NCBI GenBank assembly: GCA_905181835.1
Contig: CAJIZF010000003.1
Coordinates: 20,074 to 84,073 of the forward strand
Source: an uncultured Flavobacteriaceae bacterium
GTDB lineage: Bacteria > Bacteroidota > Bacteroidia > Flavobacteriales > Flavobacteriaceae
DNA length: 64,000 bases
Direction: 5' to 3'
Every line of letters begins with the position of its first letter. Position 1 is the first letter of the stretch. This document shows, in pieces, positions 51,890-63,328 of the stretch. Both the position numbers and the translations under genes were made by a program. The notes under the pieces are model-generated. The model ran no database searches and was not told the origin of the DNA. It was given only the letters and a program-made list of their open reading frames with translations.

Positions 51890-54346
51890 CTAGTTTTTCA
51901 AAAACTGTAATACTTTAGTATTGTTTTCAGAAGTTACAGAAATAAAATAATTTCCTTTAGCTAATGATGATACATCCATTTGAGTGATAGACGCATTTGA
52001 GGTTTTACTTAGTAATACTTGACCTAAAACGTTTACAATTTTCACCTCCGTTATTGGAGTAATTGCAAATAAATTTAATACATCTTTAGTTGGATTAGGG
52101 TACATTGCTAATCCTTCGATAGATTGATCATTTACTCCTAATATTCCATCCACGGTAAACGTATAGGCTTCAGAAAAATTTCCTGTAGCACAGGGGGTAT
52201 AAGGTTTTACTCTCCAGTAATAAGTAGCTCCTTCTGTAACACCTAAAGCAAAATATTCAGGTATAATAACATTTCCTGAGAATTCTACCTCAGAAAAATC
52301 CGCATACCTACTTAATTCAAAATCATAACTAGATATAGATTCATCTCCATCTTCCCATCTAAAAAGAATAACTACCGGTTGGTTTTCAGCACCATCTGGT
52401 GGAAAAATCAATCCCACGTTAGAAACATCTGTGTCTAAAACTCTTAAAATTAAATATAAATTTATGGTTTCAGTACTACCAGAACCAACGACTGTAAATG
52501 GATAATCGCCTGGTGATAAATTTTCTAAACCACTTACGTTTAATACAGTAGTTCCTTCCTCATTTAATGAAGTAGATGAAAAACTTCCAGAAGTACCAGA
52601 TGGTAAACCAGAAACTGTAAAATCTATGGTATCAGAAAAACCATCACTAAATGCTAAATCAACATTAAAATCAGCGCTATCAGCTGTACTACAAGTTTCT
52701 AATATTCCTTGATGAGAAGAAATAGTGAACTCCTCGTTATCGATTCCGGTAACTATTAAAGAAAAATCTTGTAGACCATCTATGAGAGAACTCCCCTTAT
52801 GTGAAACTTGAATAATGTATTCTCCAGAGGCATTTGGAATTTCTATCTTTTCAATATTATCAACCAAATTGTCACCCGTAGTAGCCGCAGCTGAGAAATT
52901 GGAAACATCTAATTTCCATGGAAAAAAAGTGGCCCCTCCATCTTTAGAAACTCTTAAATCCAAGTCATTCATCAAAGAAGGAGTGGGATCATCTTCAACT
53001 CCAGATGGTAAAACAACCCCTGGAGGATCTGTCCAAGTAATTGACACCATTAAATCGTTAGTTCCATCAGATTGAACAGAATAGGTAAAAACTTCATCAG
53101 TTACTATAGTTTCTTCTAATATGGTAGAAGAATTTCCGTTATTTGTTATAACTGCTGCTGCTCTCTCTATATTTAATAAACCCCAACCAAATCGATAATC
53201 TGGACCAGGACTGGTGCCTGCCTCATCTGCTGTGTGTAAAGCTAAACCCCTCAAGGTTGAGCTTTTTATGTATGTTTGGTTTATATTATTGTAATGTTGT
53301 TGTAATAAAATTAAACTCCCTGAGGTATTGGGTGCAGACATCGAAGTACCACTATAATTGGCATAGCCACTCCCACCAACAGAAGAATACATATTAACTC
53401 CTTTTGCGGAAATATCTGGTTTTATTCTTCCATCATCTGTTGGACCCCAACTACTAAATGAAGACATATTTACACTATTAGGTCCTGTATAATTTAATAC
53501 CTGATTAACAGCAGCAACAGTAATACCGTTTTTAGAAGTACCGCTGTCTGTAAGATAATCGTAACCGCCATCTCCCGTATTTACTCCAGATTGACGATCA
53601 TTCCCTGCTGACCAAACTGAAGTATAGTAAGGTGCATTATAACTTATATTATCAACTCCTCTTGCATCACCACTGTAAAATCCTAATTCCCAAAGATCAG
53701 CAAAATCAATATTCATCCCGTAAGAATGGTTAGATATCAATAAACCATCTGCAGCAGCTGCTATCATTTCACCTGAGTCTGATTGCGCAGTGTAAGAAAT
53801 AATTTCTGCCATAGGAGCCATCCCTTTAGTTGAACCACCATTGGGAGATGCCGATCCAATCATGGTACCACAAACATGTGTTGCATGACTACTTGTTCCT
53901 GATAAATTATCCATTTGAGTAACTCTATTTTCTAGTAAAGGATGTGAAAGATTGGCATCTCCGACTTCCCATACACCAAGAATCATATCTTCTCCATTTA
54001 AATCAAGTCCGGAATCGCCACCAGAATGGACTTTATTGGTTCGGGTGGTAATCGCACCTTCTCTATTCGTTGTAATTATATATTTTGGCTTTCCATTTTC
54101 TTTAATACCGACAAGGATTGCAAGACTTCCATTTGGGTAATGAATCGTTTTTTCCCAACCAAATTGTTCGGCCTTATCAAGTGCTTTCTGATAATTTAAC
54201 GCTTGGTTATTTGAAATTTCAGTCTCAAGTTGACTTAGTTTATCGGAGTCATACTGCGAGATAATTTGTTGTTTTTCTTCTTCAGTTTGGGCTGAAAGTC
54301 CAAATGAAAAAAGAAAGCTTAAAATTATTAATGATTTTGTTTTCAT
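51890..54346 (-). CDS. Secreted S8 (subtilisin-like) serine peptidase with a T9SS C-terminal sorting domain
   Basis: Signal peptide ending LSAQ, His motif HATHVCGT, Ser motif GTSMSAPNTSG, and a C-terminal tail MYPNPTKDVLNL...VNVLGQVL...GNYFISV...LKN. The start is placed at MKTKSLI. Confidence 0.85.
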   Translation of the reverse strand: MKTKSLIILSFLFSFGLSAQTEEEKQQIISQYDSDKLSQLETEISNNQALNYQKALDKAEQFGWEKTIHYPNGSLAILVGIKENGKPKYIITTNREGAITTRTNKVHSGGDSGLDLNGEDMILGVWEVGDANLSHPLLENRVTQMDNLSGTSSHATHVCGTMIGSASPNGGSTKGMAPMAEIISYTAQSDSGEMIAAAADGLLISNHSYGMNIDFADLWELGFYSGDARGVDNISYNAPYYTSVWSAGNDRQSGVNTGDGGYDYLTDSGTSKNGITVAAVNQVLNYTGPNSVNMSSFSSWGPTDDGRIKPDISAKGVNMYSSVGGSGYANYSGTSMSAPNTSGSLILLQQHYNNINQTYIKSSTLRGLALHTADEAGTSPGPDYRFGWGLLNIERAAAVITNNGNSSTILEETIVTDEVFTYSVQSDGTNDLMVSITWTDPPGVVLPSGVEDDPTPSLMNDLDLRVSKDGGATFFPWKLDVSNFSAAATTGDNLVDNIEKIEIPNASGEYIIQVSHKGSSLIDGLQDFSLIVTGIDNEEFTISSHQGILETCSTADSADFNVDLAFSDGFSDTIDFTVSGLPSGTSGSFSSTSLNEEGTTVLNVSGLENLSPGDYPFTVVGSGSTETINLYLILRVLDTDVSNVGLIFPPDGAENQPVVILFRWEDGDESISSYDFELSRYADFSEVEFSGNVIIPEYFALGVTEGATYYWRVKPYTPCATGNFSEAYTFTVDGILGVNDQSIEGLAMYPNPTKDVLNLFAITPITEVKIVNVLGQVLLSKTSNASITQMDVSSLAKGNYFISVTSENNTKVLQFLKN

Positions 54347-54536
54347 ACTATTTTTTTCGAAAGTATTGAAAAAAAACAAAAACTAATAATAATTAAAAAG
54401 TATTTCTTATTTATTTAACATTAAATAATATCTTTTTAATATTTTTTTGGCAATTTTTTTCCCAAAGTTAAATTTCTTTTTGATTTTTTTTAACTTATAC
54501 TAGAATGACTTTAAAAAAAATTAACAATAAATATGT

Positions 54537-54544
54537 TACATTTG
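54537..54544 (+). promoter_or_regulatory. Candidate -7 promoter box (TACATTTG)
   Basis: Matches TAnnTTTG and lies 16 nt upstream of the ATG at 54560. This supports the shorter start for the metalloprotease gene. Confidence 0.4.
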
Positions 54545-54559
54545 AAAAAAAATATCAAA

Positions 54560-56644
54560 ATGAATAAAATTCTCTTATTAGCTTTTTTCCTTCCATTTTT
54601 ATCACTAGCCCAACAAAATAAAATAGGTAAAGTATCTCAATTAATAAATACCGAAAAGGCAATTTCTGGTGAATTTGAATCTTTTGAAATCTTTAACTCA
54701 GAAATTAAAAGCGCTTCTGAAAATTACTCAGATGCTGTTGAGGATGGTGTTGTTGTAGCTATTGACCAAACTAAAATTAACGAGATAAGAAACCAAGATC
54801 CTAAACAAATGCAACTTAGTATCCCATTTAAAACGAATGGTGAAACCGTTGCATTAGATTTAATCCAAGTAGCTGTATTTTCGCCGGATTTTAAAGCGAT
54901 TACAAACGACGGTGTCGATATTACCAATGAAGTAGACTTTGGAAAACACTATCGTGGTATTATTGCAGGAAATCCTAATTCGTTGGTTTCAATAAGTGTT
55001 TTCAAATCTCAGATTAGTGGATTTATTTCTAACGATGAAGGCAACTACACTATAGGTAAATTAGAAGATTCAGATACAAATCACATCATTTATTTTGATA
55101 CAGACCTAAAAAATGATACAAAAGAAATTTTCTGCTCAACAGAAGATGATGGAATCGCATATTCGGAAGAAGAATTATCACCACCTACTACAAGTGTTCA
55201 AGAACCAGGAGACGAAATAGATGTTTATATAGAATCTGGACAAAGTGTTTATAATGCTCAAGGAGGAAATCTTGCCAATACAATTGTTTTTATAACTGGA
55301 ATTTTCACACAAAGTTATGTTCTTTATGCGAATGATGGGATATCGGTAAGAACATCCAGCATGATGGTATGGGTAACTCCAGACCCTTTTTCAGGCGGTG
55401 ATTCTCTCAGTCAACTACAAACTTTCACTTCAAATGTGAATAGTAATCAACAAAATTTAAATGGAGATATAGCCCACTTAATTGAGAGACAGAATTTTGG
55501 TGGTATTGCATGGCTTAATGGCATGTGTGGTAATAATAACGTTTGTTATTCTGGCTTAGCAAATAATGCAGTTATAGCTGTTCCAACGTACTCTTGGAAT
55601 GTGATGGTGATTACTCACGAAATGGGACACCTTATGGGATCTAATCATACTCATGCATGTGTCTGGAATGGAAATAATACTGCTATTGATGGTTGTGCCG
55701 CAGTTGAAGGAGATTGTGCTCGACCTGGAAACCCTCCAACAGGAGGAACAATAATGAGTTACTGCCACCTTCAAGGAGTTGGAATCAATTTTAATAAGGG
55801 ATTCGGACCCCAGCCAACTGCAGTGATTTTGAATAAAATCGCAAATGCTGGAAGTTGTTTAGATGAAGAGGAAATAGACAACCCACCTGTTGCGGTTTGT
55901 AAATCGACATATGTGGTTCAATTAGATTCTAACGGAGAAGCCTCTATAACTGTTGAAGATATTGATGGAGGAAGTTTTGATAATGAAGAAATTGTTGAAA
56001 TGTCTATTGATATTGATACTTTTGATTGCGAAGATGTAGGCCTGACTAATAATGTAACTTTAACGGTAACAGACAATGATGGACTTACTAGTACTTGTGT
56101 AGGATACGTAGAGGTTTTAGATGGATCAACAATAGTGACTACATGCCCTCAAGATATTACCGTTAGTATTCCAGATGGAACCACTTATGTTCTTTTAGAC
56201 TATCGTGAAGAATTAATTCTTACCACAGATATTTGTAATGTCACACCAGCTGCAACTTCTCAAAGTCCTCCAGCTGGAACCGAATTACCGGTAGGTGTAC
56301 ACGTAATTACAGTCAATGCACTCTTGAATGATGGAACTATTATTACTTGCCCTTTTGAAATTACAATTGATAACAATCTAGAATTAGCAGATAATTCAAT
56401 CTTATCAAGTCTATTATTATACCCAAATCCGGCTAGTGAAATAGTAAGATTAGGCAATCCTCAGAATCTAGATTTAGAGACTATTTCTATCTATGATATG
56501 ACAGGAAAGTTAATTAGATCAATTGATTTAGAAGGTATGCAAATTGAACAATTAATTAATATTTCAGGGCTATCTGAAGCAAATTATTTTGTAATCATTC
56601 AAGGAGAACAAACTAAAGCAGTTAAACAACTAATTGTAAAGTAA
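54560..56644 (+). CDS. Secreted reprolysin/M12B-like zinc metalloprotease with Ig-like repeats and a T9SS C-terminal sorting domain
   Basis: Signal peptide ending LSLAQ, zinc motif HEMGHLMGSNH (HExxHxxGxxH), and a C-terminal tail LYPNPASEIVRL...IYDMTGKLI...ANYFVII. Confidence 0.8.
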   Translation: MNKILLLAFFLPFLSLAQQNKIGKVSQLINTEKAISGEFESFEIFNSEIKSASENYSDAVEDGVVVAIDQTKINEIRNQDPKQMQLSIPFKTNGETVALDLIQVAVFSPDFKAITNDGVDITNEVDFGKHYRGIIAGNPNSLVSISVFKSQISGFISNDEGNYTIGKLEDSDTNHIIYFDTDLKNDTKEIFCSTEDDGIAYSEEELSPPTTSVQEPGDEIDVYIESGQSVYNAQGGNLANTIVFITGIFTQSYVLYANDGISVRTSSMMVWVTPDPFSGGDSLSQLQTFTSNVNSNQQNLNGDIAHLIERQNFGGIAWLNGMCGNNNVCYSGLANNAVIAVPTYSWNVMVITHEMGHLMGSNHTHACVWNGNNTAIDGCAAVEGDCARPGNPPTGGTIMSYCHLQGVGINFNKGFGPQPTAVILNKIANAGSCLDEEEIDNPPVAVCKSTYVVQLDSNGEASITVEDIDGGSFDNEEIVEMSIDIDTFDCEDVGLTNNVTLTVTDNDGLTSTCVGYVEVLDGSTIVTTCPQDITVSIPDGTTYVLLDYREELILTTDICNVTPAATSQSPPAGTELPVGVHVITVNALLNDGTIITCPFEITIDNNLELADNSILSSLLLYPNPASEIVRLGNPQNLDLETISIYDMTGKLIRSIDLEGMQIEQLINISGLSEANYFVIIQGEQTKAVKQLIVK

Positions 56645-56664
56645 AGATATTGCCACAAAAAAAT

Positions 56665-56699
56665 AAAAAAACCTTCTCAGAATTAAGAAGGTTTTTTTT
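56665..56699. terminator. Bidirectional rho-independent terminator between the convergent metalloprotease and lipoprotein genes
   Basis: A run, then ACCTTCT-cagaatta-AGAAGGT, then TTTTTTT. Confidence 0.75.
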
Positions 56700-56712
56700 C
56701 GTTTACAAGAGT

Positions 56713-57039
56713 TTAATGATACTTCGTATAAATTTCTTCAATAAAAATAGAAAGATGTGCATCTTTAAGTAATCCGCAATTAACTCTTTCTAATACTTTA
56801 TATTTAATTCTAACTTTTAGACTATCCGTATAAAATTCAGGAAGTAAATTCTTAGGCATATATATGGTTTCAGAAGCTTTCACAACCCAGCCACAGCCGT
56901 CTGAAGCAGGTTCTCCATAAAACCTTATAATAGCATCTTCACAAGATTCACAACTAGCATCGGAAATAGTTTCTATTTTGCTTTTGCATGAAGAAAAAAA
57001 TAGTAAAGCTGTAATTATAATAAAAAATGGATTTTTCAT
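56713..57039 (-). CDS. Small Cys-containing lipoprotein, function unknown
   Basis: Lipobox FFSSC. 108 aa, with a CxxC (SCESCED) motif plus two further Cys residues. Confidence 0.5.
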   Translation of the reverse strand: MKNPFFIIITALLFFSSCKSKIETISDASCESCEDAIIRFYGEPASDGCGWVVKASETIYMPKNLLPEFYTDSLKVRIKYKVLERVNCGLLKDAHLSIFIEEIYTKYH

Positions 57040-57176
57040 AGGTTTTTTATTAAATATAATATTACGATTTTAAAACTAGTAACGAATTTTGCAAAAAAAC
57101 CGATCTACTATCTTTATAAATTTATTGTTATTTCATAAACTGGAATAACTTGGCATTGAAGCCTATTAGTATACGA

Positions 57177-58673
57177 TTAAGAATTTAATATTTTATTGGC
57201 AATTTTTTTTCCTAATTCAACTCCCCATTGATCGTAACTAAATATATTCCAAATTACACCTTGAACAAAAAGCTTGTGTTCATAAAGTGCAATTAAACTT
57301 CCGAGGTTTTTAGGTGTTAACTGATTTATAAGTAGAGAATTTGATGGTTTGTTTCCCTTAAAAGTTCTATAAATATTACTTATATTTTGTTGGTAAGTTC
57401 CTTTCAATAAAGATTCTGACTGACCATAAAAATTAGCCATCAATAATTTATGCTGGTACTGGTTGCCATGAAGCGGCTCTTTAAAGCCAATGAAATCTAT
57501 AGGTATCGTTTTAGTGCCTTGATGCAATAATTGAAAAAAAGCATGTTGAGAATTAGTCCCTACATTACCCCAAACAATTGCTCCAGTCTGGTAATTTACA
57601 GGGATTCCATTTCTATCAATTTCTTTACCATTACTTTCCATAACAGCTTGCTGAAGGTATGGAACAAATTTTTCTAAATATTGATTGTAAGGAATTACTG
57701 CCTCCGTTTCACAATTATAGAAGTTATTGTACCAAATCGAAATTAAACCCATTAATACAGGAATGTTATTAGTAAATTCTTCATCTTTAAAATGAAGATC
57801 CATTTCGTGGGCACCTTTTAATAAATCTTCAAAATTTGAGTAACCAACAGCACAACAAATTGATAAACCTACAGAACTCCATAAAGAGAATCTACCTCCT
57901 ACCCAATCCCACATTGGGAAAATATTTTCCTCGGTAATTCCGTAATTTACAGCATTTTCGATATTAGAAGAAACCGCAACAAAATGTTTTTCAATGTCTA
58001 ATTGACTGGCATCTTTTAAGAACCAATTTTTAATTGTTGTTGCGTTAGCTAGGGTCTCTTGAGTGGTAAAGGTTTTTGAAACAATTACAAAAAGAGTAGT
58101 TTCTCTATTTAAACTTTTTAATATCTCAGCTACGTGATCACCATCAACATTAGAAACGTAGTGCACCTTTAAGTGGTTGCTATAATATTGTAAAGCGTTA
58201 ACTACCATTTTTGGCCCTAGATCACTGCCACCAATTCCAATATTTACGACATCAGTGATAGCTTTATTGCTAAACCCTTTCCACTTACCTTTTATAACAG
58301 AATTAGAAAAGACTTTCATTTTTTGAAGTGATTTTTTTACTTCAGGCTTCATCTGATCAAAATCTCGTAAAGCGGTATGAAGAACTGCTCTGTCCTCAGT
58401 TAAATTAATATTATAACCCTCCAATTGAAGTTGAATAGCTTGTTTTAGCCCAACTTCATTTGCTAATTCGTTTAGTAATTCTAACGTTTTTCGATTTATT
58501 CTATTCTTGGAATAATCGAATTGAATTTCATCCCATTTAATTTTATATTGTTCATTTCTATCAGGTTCTTGATCAAAAAAATCCATCATATGGACATCCT
58601 TGATCTCAGCGAAATGAGCTTTTAACTTTTTCCAAGCTTCAGTAGTAGTTGGGTTGACAGATTTAAATTTCAT
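57177..58673 (-). CDS. pgi: Glucose-6-phosphate isomerase
   Basis: PGI signatures (IGIGGSDLGP, GGRFSLWS) and a conserved C-terminus. 498 aa. Confidence 0.92.
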   Translation of the reverse strand: MKFKSVNPTTTEAWKKLKAHFAEIKDVHMMDFFDQEPDRNEQYKIKWDEIQFDYSKNRINRKTLELLNELANEVGLKQAIQLQLEGYNINLTEDRAVLHTALRDFDQMKPEVKKSLQKMKVFSNSVIKGKWKGFSNKAITDVVNIGIGGSDLGPKMVVNALQYYSNHLKVHYVSNVDGDHVAEILKSLNRETTLFVIVSKTFTTQETLANATTIKNWFLKDASQLDIEKHFVAVSSNIENAVNYGITEENIFPMWDWVGGRFSLWSSVGLSICCAVGYSNFEDLLKGAHEMDLHFKDEEFTNNIPVLMGLISIWYNNFYNCETEAVIPYNQYLEKFVPYLQQAVMESNGKEIDRNGIPVNYQTGAIVWGNVGTNSQHAFFQLLHQGTKTIPIDFIGFKEPLHGNQYQHKLLMANFYGQSESLLKGTYQQNISNIYRTFKGNKPSNSLLINQLTPKNLGSLIALYEHKLFVQGVIWNIFSYDQWGVELGKKIANKILNS

Positions 58674-59528
58674 TTAACTTAGTTTGTTTTGCCGGTAGTA
58701 ATCAATTAAACCATCAATGGGGCGTCTTATAATATTTCCTAGCTCTAAATTGTAGGGTTTCATACAATCTTTAATGATATCCTCTGAAAAATGAGCTATG
58801 GAGCCAATGAAATGAATAGGTACATTTTGAGACTCTTTAAAACAGAGTATACGATATTCAATAAATTTTAACATTCCTTCGGTTATCAATTTGTAAAAAT
58901 AACCATTTACCTCTTTAGATGTAAAAATAAACTCTGCAAATGAGGCTAAATACATATTTGGATTATGTCTTTTGTACAAGTGATTTTTTATTTCGTCAGG
59001 GTCTAAGTTAAATTTATTTTCAAATTCTAGTGCCAATTGTGAAGGCATTTTTTTATAAAAGTAATCTCTTATCAATCGCTTACCAAAATAGTTTCCACTT
59101 GCTTCATCCATTAAGGAGTACCCTAAAGACTCTATACCGTTATGTATATGAGTTCCATCAAAATAGCAACTATTGGAACCCGTCCCCAGAATACATACAA
59201 TACCAGGTTTCGTAGTAGCGGCATAGACCGCAGCTACCATATCTTCATTCACTGAAACTGTTGCTAATGGAAATATTTCTGAAAGTATTCTGGTAAGTAA
59301 CCTAATAGGAGTTTTGGTTCCGCAACCAGCCCCAAAAAAATCGACCACAGTAATCTTAGTCACGAAAGGAAGTAAATCTTGATTAGCTAGTATGCGCTCT
59401 CTTATATTTTCATCAGGAACTACTGCAGGATTTAACCCTTTAGTTCTTGTTTTTAATACTACATCACCTTTTTGGTCTAATAAAATCCAATCACATTTTG
59501 TAGAGCCACCATCCGTAATTAATATCAT
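58674..59528 (-). CDS. BadF/BadG/BcrA/BcrD-type ATPase (N-acetylglucosamine kinase-like sugar kinase)
   Basis: ASKHA-fold N-terminus LITDGGSTKCDW and a GTGSNS motif. It directly abuts pgi. Confidence 0.7.
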   Translation of the reverse strand: MILITDGGSTKCDWILLDQKGDVVLKTRTKGLNPAVVPDENIRERILANQDLLPFVTKITVVDFFGAGCGTKTPIRLLTRILSEIFPLATVSVNEDMVAAVYAATTKPGIVCILGTGSNSCYFDGTHIHNGIESLGYSLMDEASGNYFGKRLIRDYFYKKMPSQLALEFENKFNLDPDEIKNHLYKRHNPNMYLASFAEFIFTSKEVNGYFYKLITEGMLKFIEYRILCFKESQNVPIHFIGSIAHFSEDIIKDCMKPYNLELGNIIRRPIDGLIDYYRQNKLS

Positions 59529-59530
59529 TT

Positions 59531-61521
<1,991 letters not shown>

Positions 61522-61576
61522 GGTTGTCCGTTTTTTAAATATATTTTAAAATAGAAACATCTGTTTAATATATTTA

Positions 61577-63226
61577 TTATTTAAAGTAAATGTAAGTTAG
61601 TATTACCGTCAAACAGACAATAATACCAGAAAATTTAACATATTTCCAAGGCGTTATATCGACCTGTTCAGTATATTTTTGAACAAAGTTGTCTTTTCTA
61701 GGACTCAACTTTCCAATCAACAACATTATTAGCACGTTAACTAAAAATAAAATTGCCATAATATCTAAAAAATGTGGATAAGCTTGAGCCTCTATTAAAT
61801 TTAGAGATTCTTGATTTGATATTCCAGCATTTTTTGCATTTTCCAAAGCTTTATTTATAAAATATGGTTGCATGAAAAATTGGCTTAATATGTATAATAA
61901 ACATCCTGAAAATAGCGCAATTTTTGCTGCAATAGCTGGCACTCTTTTTGTTGTATAACCTACTACGATAATCGTTAAAATAGGGATACTGTAAATGCCA
62001 TTAATTTCTTGCAAATAGGCAAACAAACTACCTGCGTTAGCAATTTGTGGAGCTATTAACATTGACGAAATTGCTAATAAAACTCCAAATATTTTACCGT
62101 ATTTAACAATGGTATTTTCGTTAGCGTTTTTATTAAGATGTTGTTTATAAACATCAATACCAAATAAGGTTACAGAACTATTTAATACACTATTAAAAGA
62201 ACTCAATATAGCGCCAAAAATAACCGCAGCAAAAAAGCCTATAAGCGCCTCGTTAGTCAAAACTTCTTTAACTAATGCTGGATAAGCACTATCAGGTGTT
62301 TCTAAATTACCTTTAAATAAATGAAAGGCAATAATTCCAGGTAAAACAACTATTACAGGTCCCAATATTTTGATAAACGAAGCTAGCAGTAGTCCCTTTT
62401 GACCTTCCTTTAGATTTTTAGCTCCAAGAGCTCTTTGAATTATTTGTTGATTGGTTCCCCAATAAAATAATTGTACCAACATCATTCCAGTGAATATTGT
62501 ATAAAATGGGACAGGGTCGGTAGGACCTCCCATTGATTTAAATTTTTCTGGATGTTCAGAAGTTAAAATTGAAATTCCGTTCAATAAACTCCCATCTCCA
62601 ATCATAATTAAACCTAAAAAAGGAATTAAAAGGCCGCCTATTAACAAACCAATAGCATTGATAGAATCTGACACCGCTACGGCTTTTAAACCTCCAAATA
62701 CAGCATAGATTGATCCTATAATACCTATTCCCCATATACAAATCCAGATTGATTTGGTGTGTGATACTCCTAATAATTCTGGAACGTTAAACATACCACT
62801 AATTGCCAAGGATCCTGAATATAGTATTACCGGCAAAAGAACTACCGCATATCCAGATAAAAATAATATTGAAGTTAACGTTTTAGTGGTTAAATCAAAA
62901 CGATTGGCTAAAAAACCAGGTATAGTTGTAAGCCCACCTTTTAAATAGCGAGGTAACAAAAAGATGGCTGTTAGAACCATAGCAATAGCTGCTAGTGTCT
63001 CCCAAACCATAACTGATAAACCATTTTCGTATGCGGATCCATTTAAACCTACTATTTGTTCCGTTGAAAGATTCGTCAATAGTAATGATCCAGCTATAAC
63101 ACCTGCCGATAAGCTTCTTCCACCTAAAAAATAGCCATCAGAGGTTTCTTCGTTAGTTTTTCTAGTTACATAATAGGATATACCCGCTACCAAAAAAGTA
63201 AAAGCAATAAAGGATATAATAGCCAT
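61577..63226 (-). CDS. Sodium:solute symporter family (SGLT-like) transporter
   Basis: 549-aa protein with 13 to 14 TM helices, the N-terminal FLGGRSL motif, and an SSF-like pattern throughout. Confidence 0.85.
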   Translation of the reverse strand: MAIISFIAFTFLVAGISYYVTRKTNEETSDGYFLGGRSLSAGVIAGSLLLTNLSTEQIVGLNGSAYENGLSVMVWETLAAIAMVLTAIFLLPRYLKGGLTTIPGFLANRFDLTTKTLTSILFLSGYAVVLLPVILYSGSLAISGMFNVPELLGVSHTKSIWICIWGIGIIGSIYAVFGGLKAVAVSDSINAIGLLIGGLLIPFLGLIMIGDGSLLNGISILTSEHPEKFKSMGGPTDPVPFYTIFTGMMLVQLFYWGTNQQIIQRALGAKNLKEGQKGLLLASFIKILGPVIVVLPGIIAFHLFKGNLETPDSAYPALVKEVLTNEALIGFFAAVIFGAILSSFNSVLNSSVTLFGIDVYKQHLNKNANENTIVKYGKIFGVLLAISSMLIAPQIANAGSLFAYLQEINGIYSIPILTIIVVGYTTKRVPAIAAKIALFSGCLLYILSQFFMQPYFINKALENAKNAGISNQESLNLIEAQAYPHFLDIMAILFLVNVLIMLLIGKLSPRKDNFVQKYTEQVDITPWKYVKFSGIIVCLTVILTYIYFK

Positions 63227-63257
63227 ATTATTATTATCTGTTTAAAGATCTGTATTT

Positions 63258-63299
63258 AAAAAAGGTAACTCATCTGTTAAAAAATCAGACAAGTCACCT
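63258..63299 (-). terminator. Rho-independent terminator (minus strand) downstream of the partial T9SS-cargo gene
   Basis: On the minus strand a 14-bp stem forms (AGGUGACUUGUCUG / CAGAUGAGUUACCU, including three G-U pairs), followed by UUUUU. Confidence 0.6.
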
Positions 63300-63328
63300 C
63301 GTTTTTTTAAATAAAAACTAAAATATTT

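Noticed and set aside
52815-54140. Plus-strand ORFs of 86 and 62 aa inside the S8 peptidase gene.
   Set aside because: They are antisense shadow ORFs with low-complexity Ser/Pro-rich translations. The opposite strand carries the catalytic motifs.
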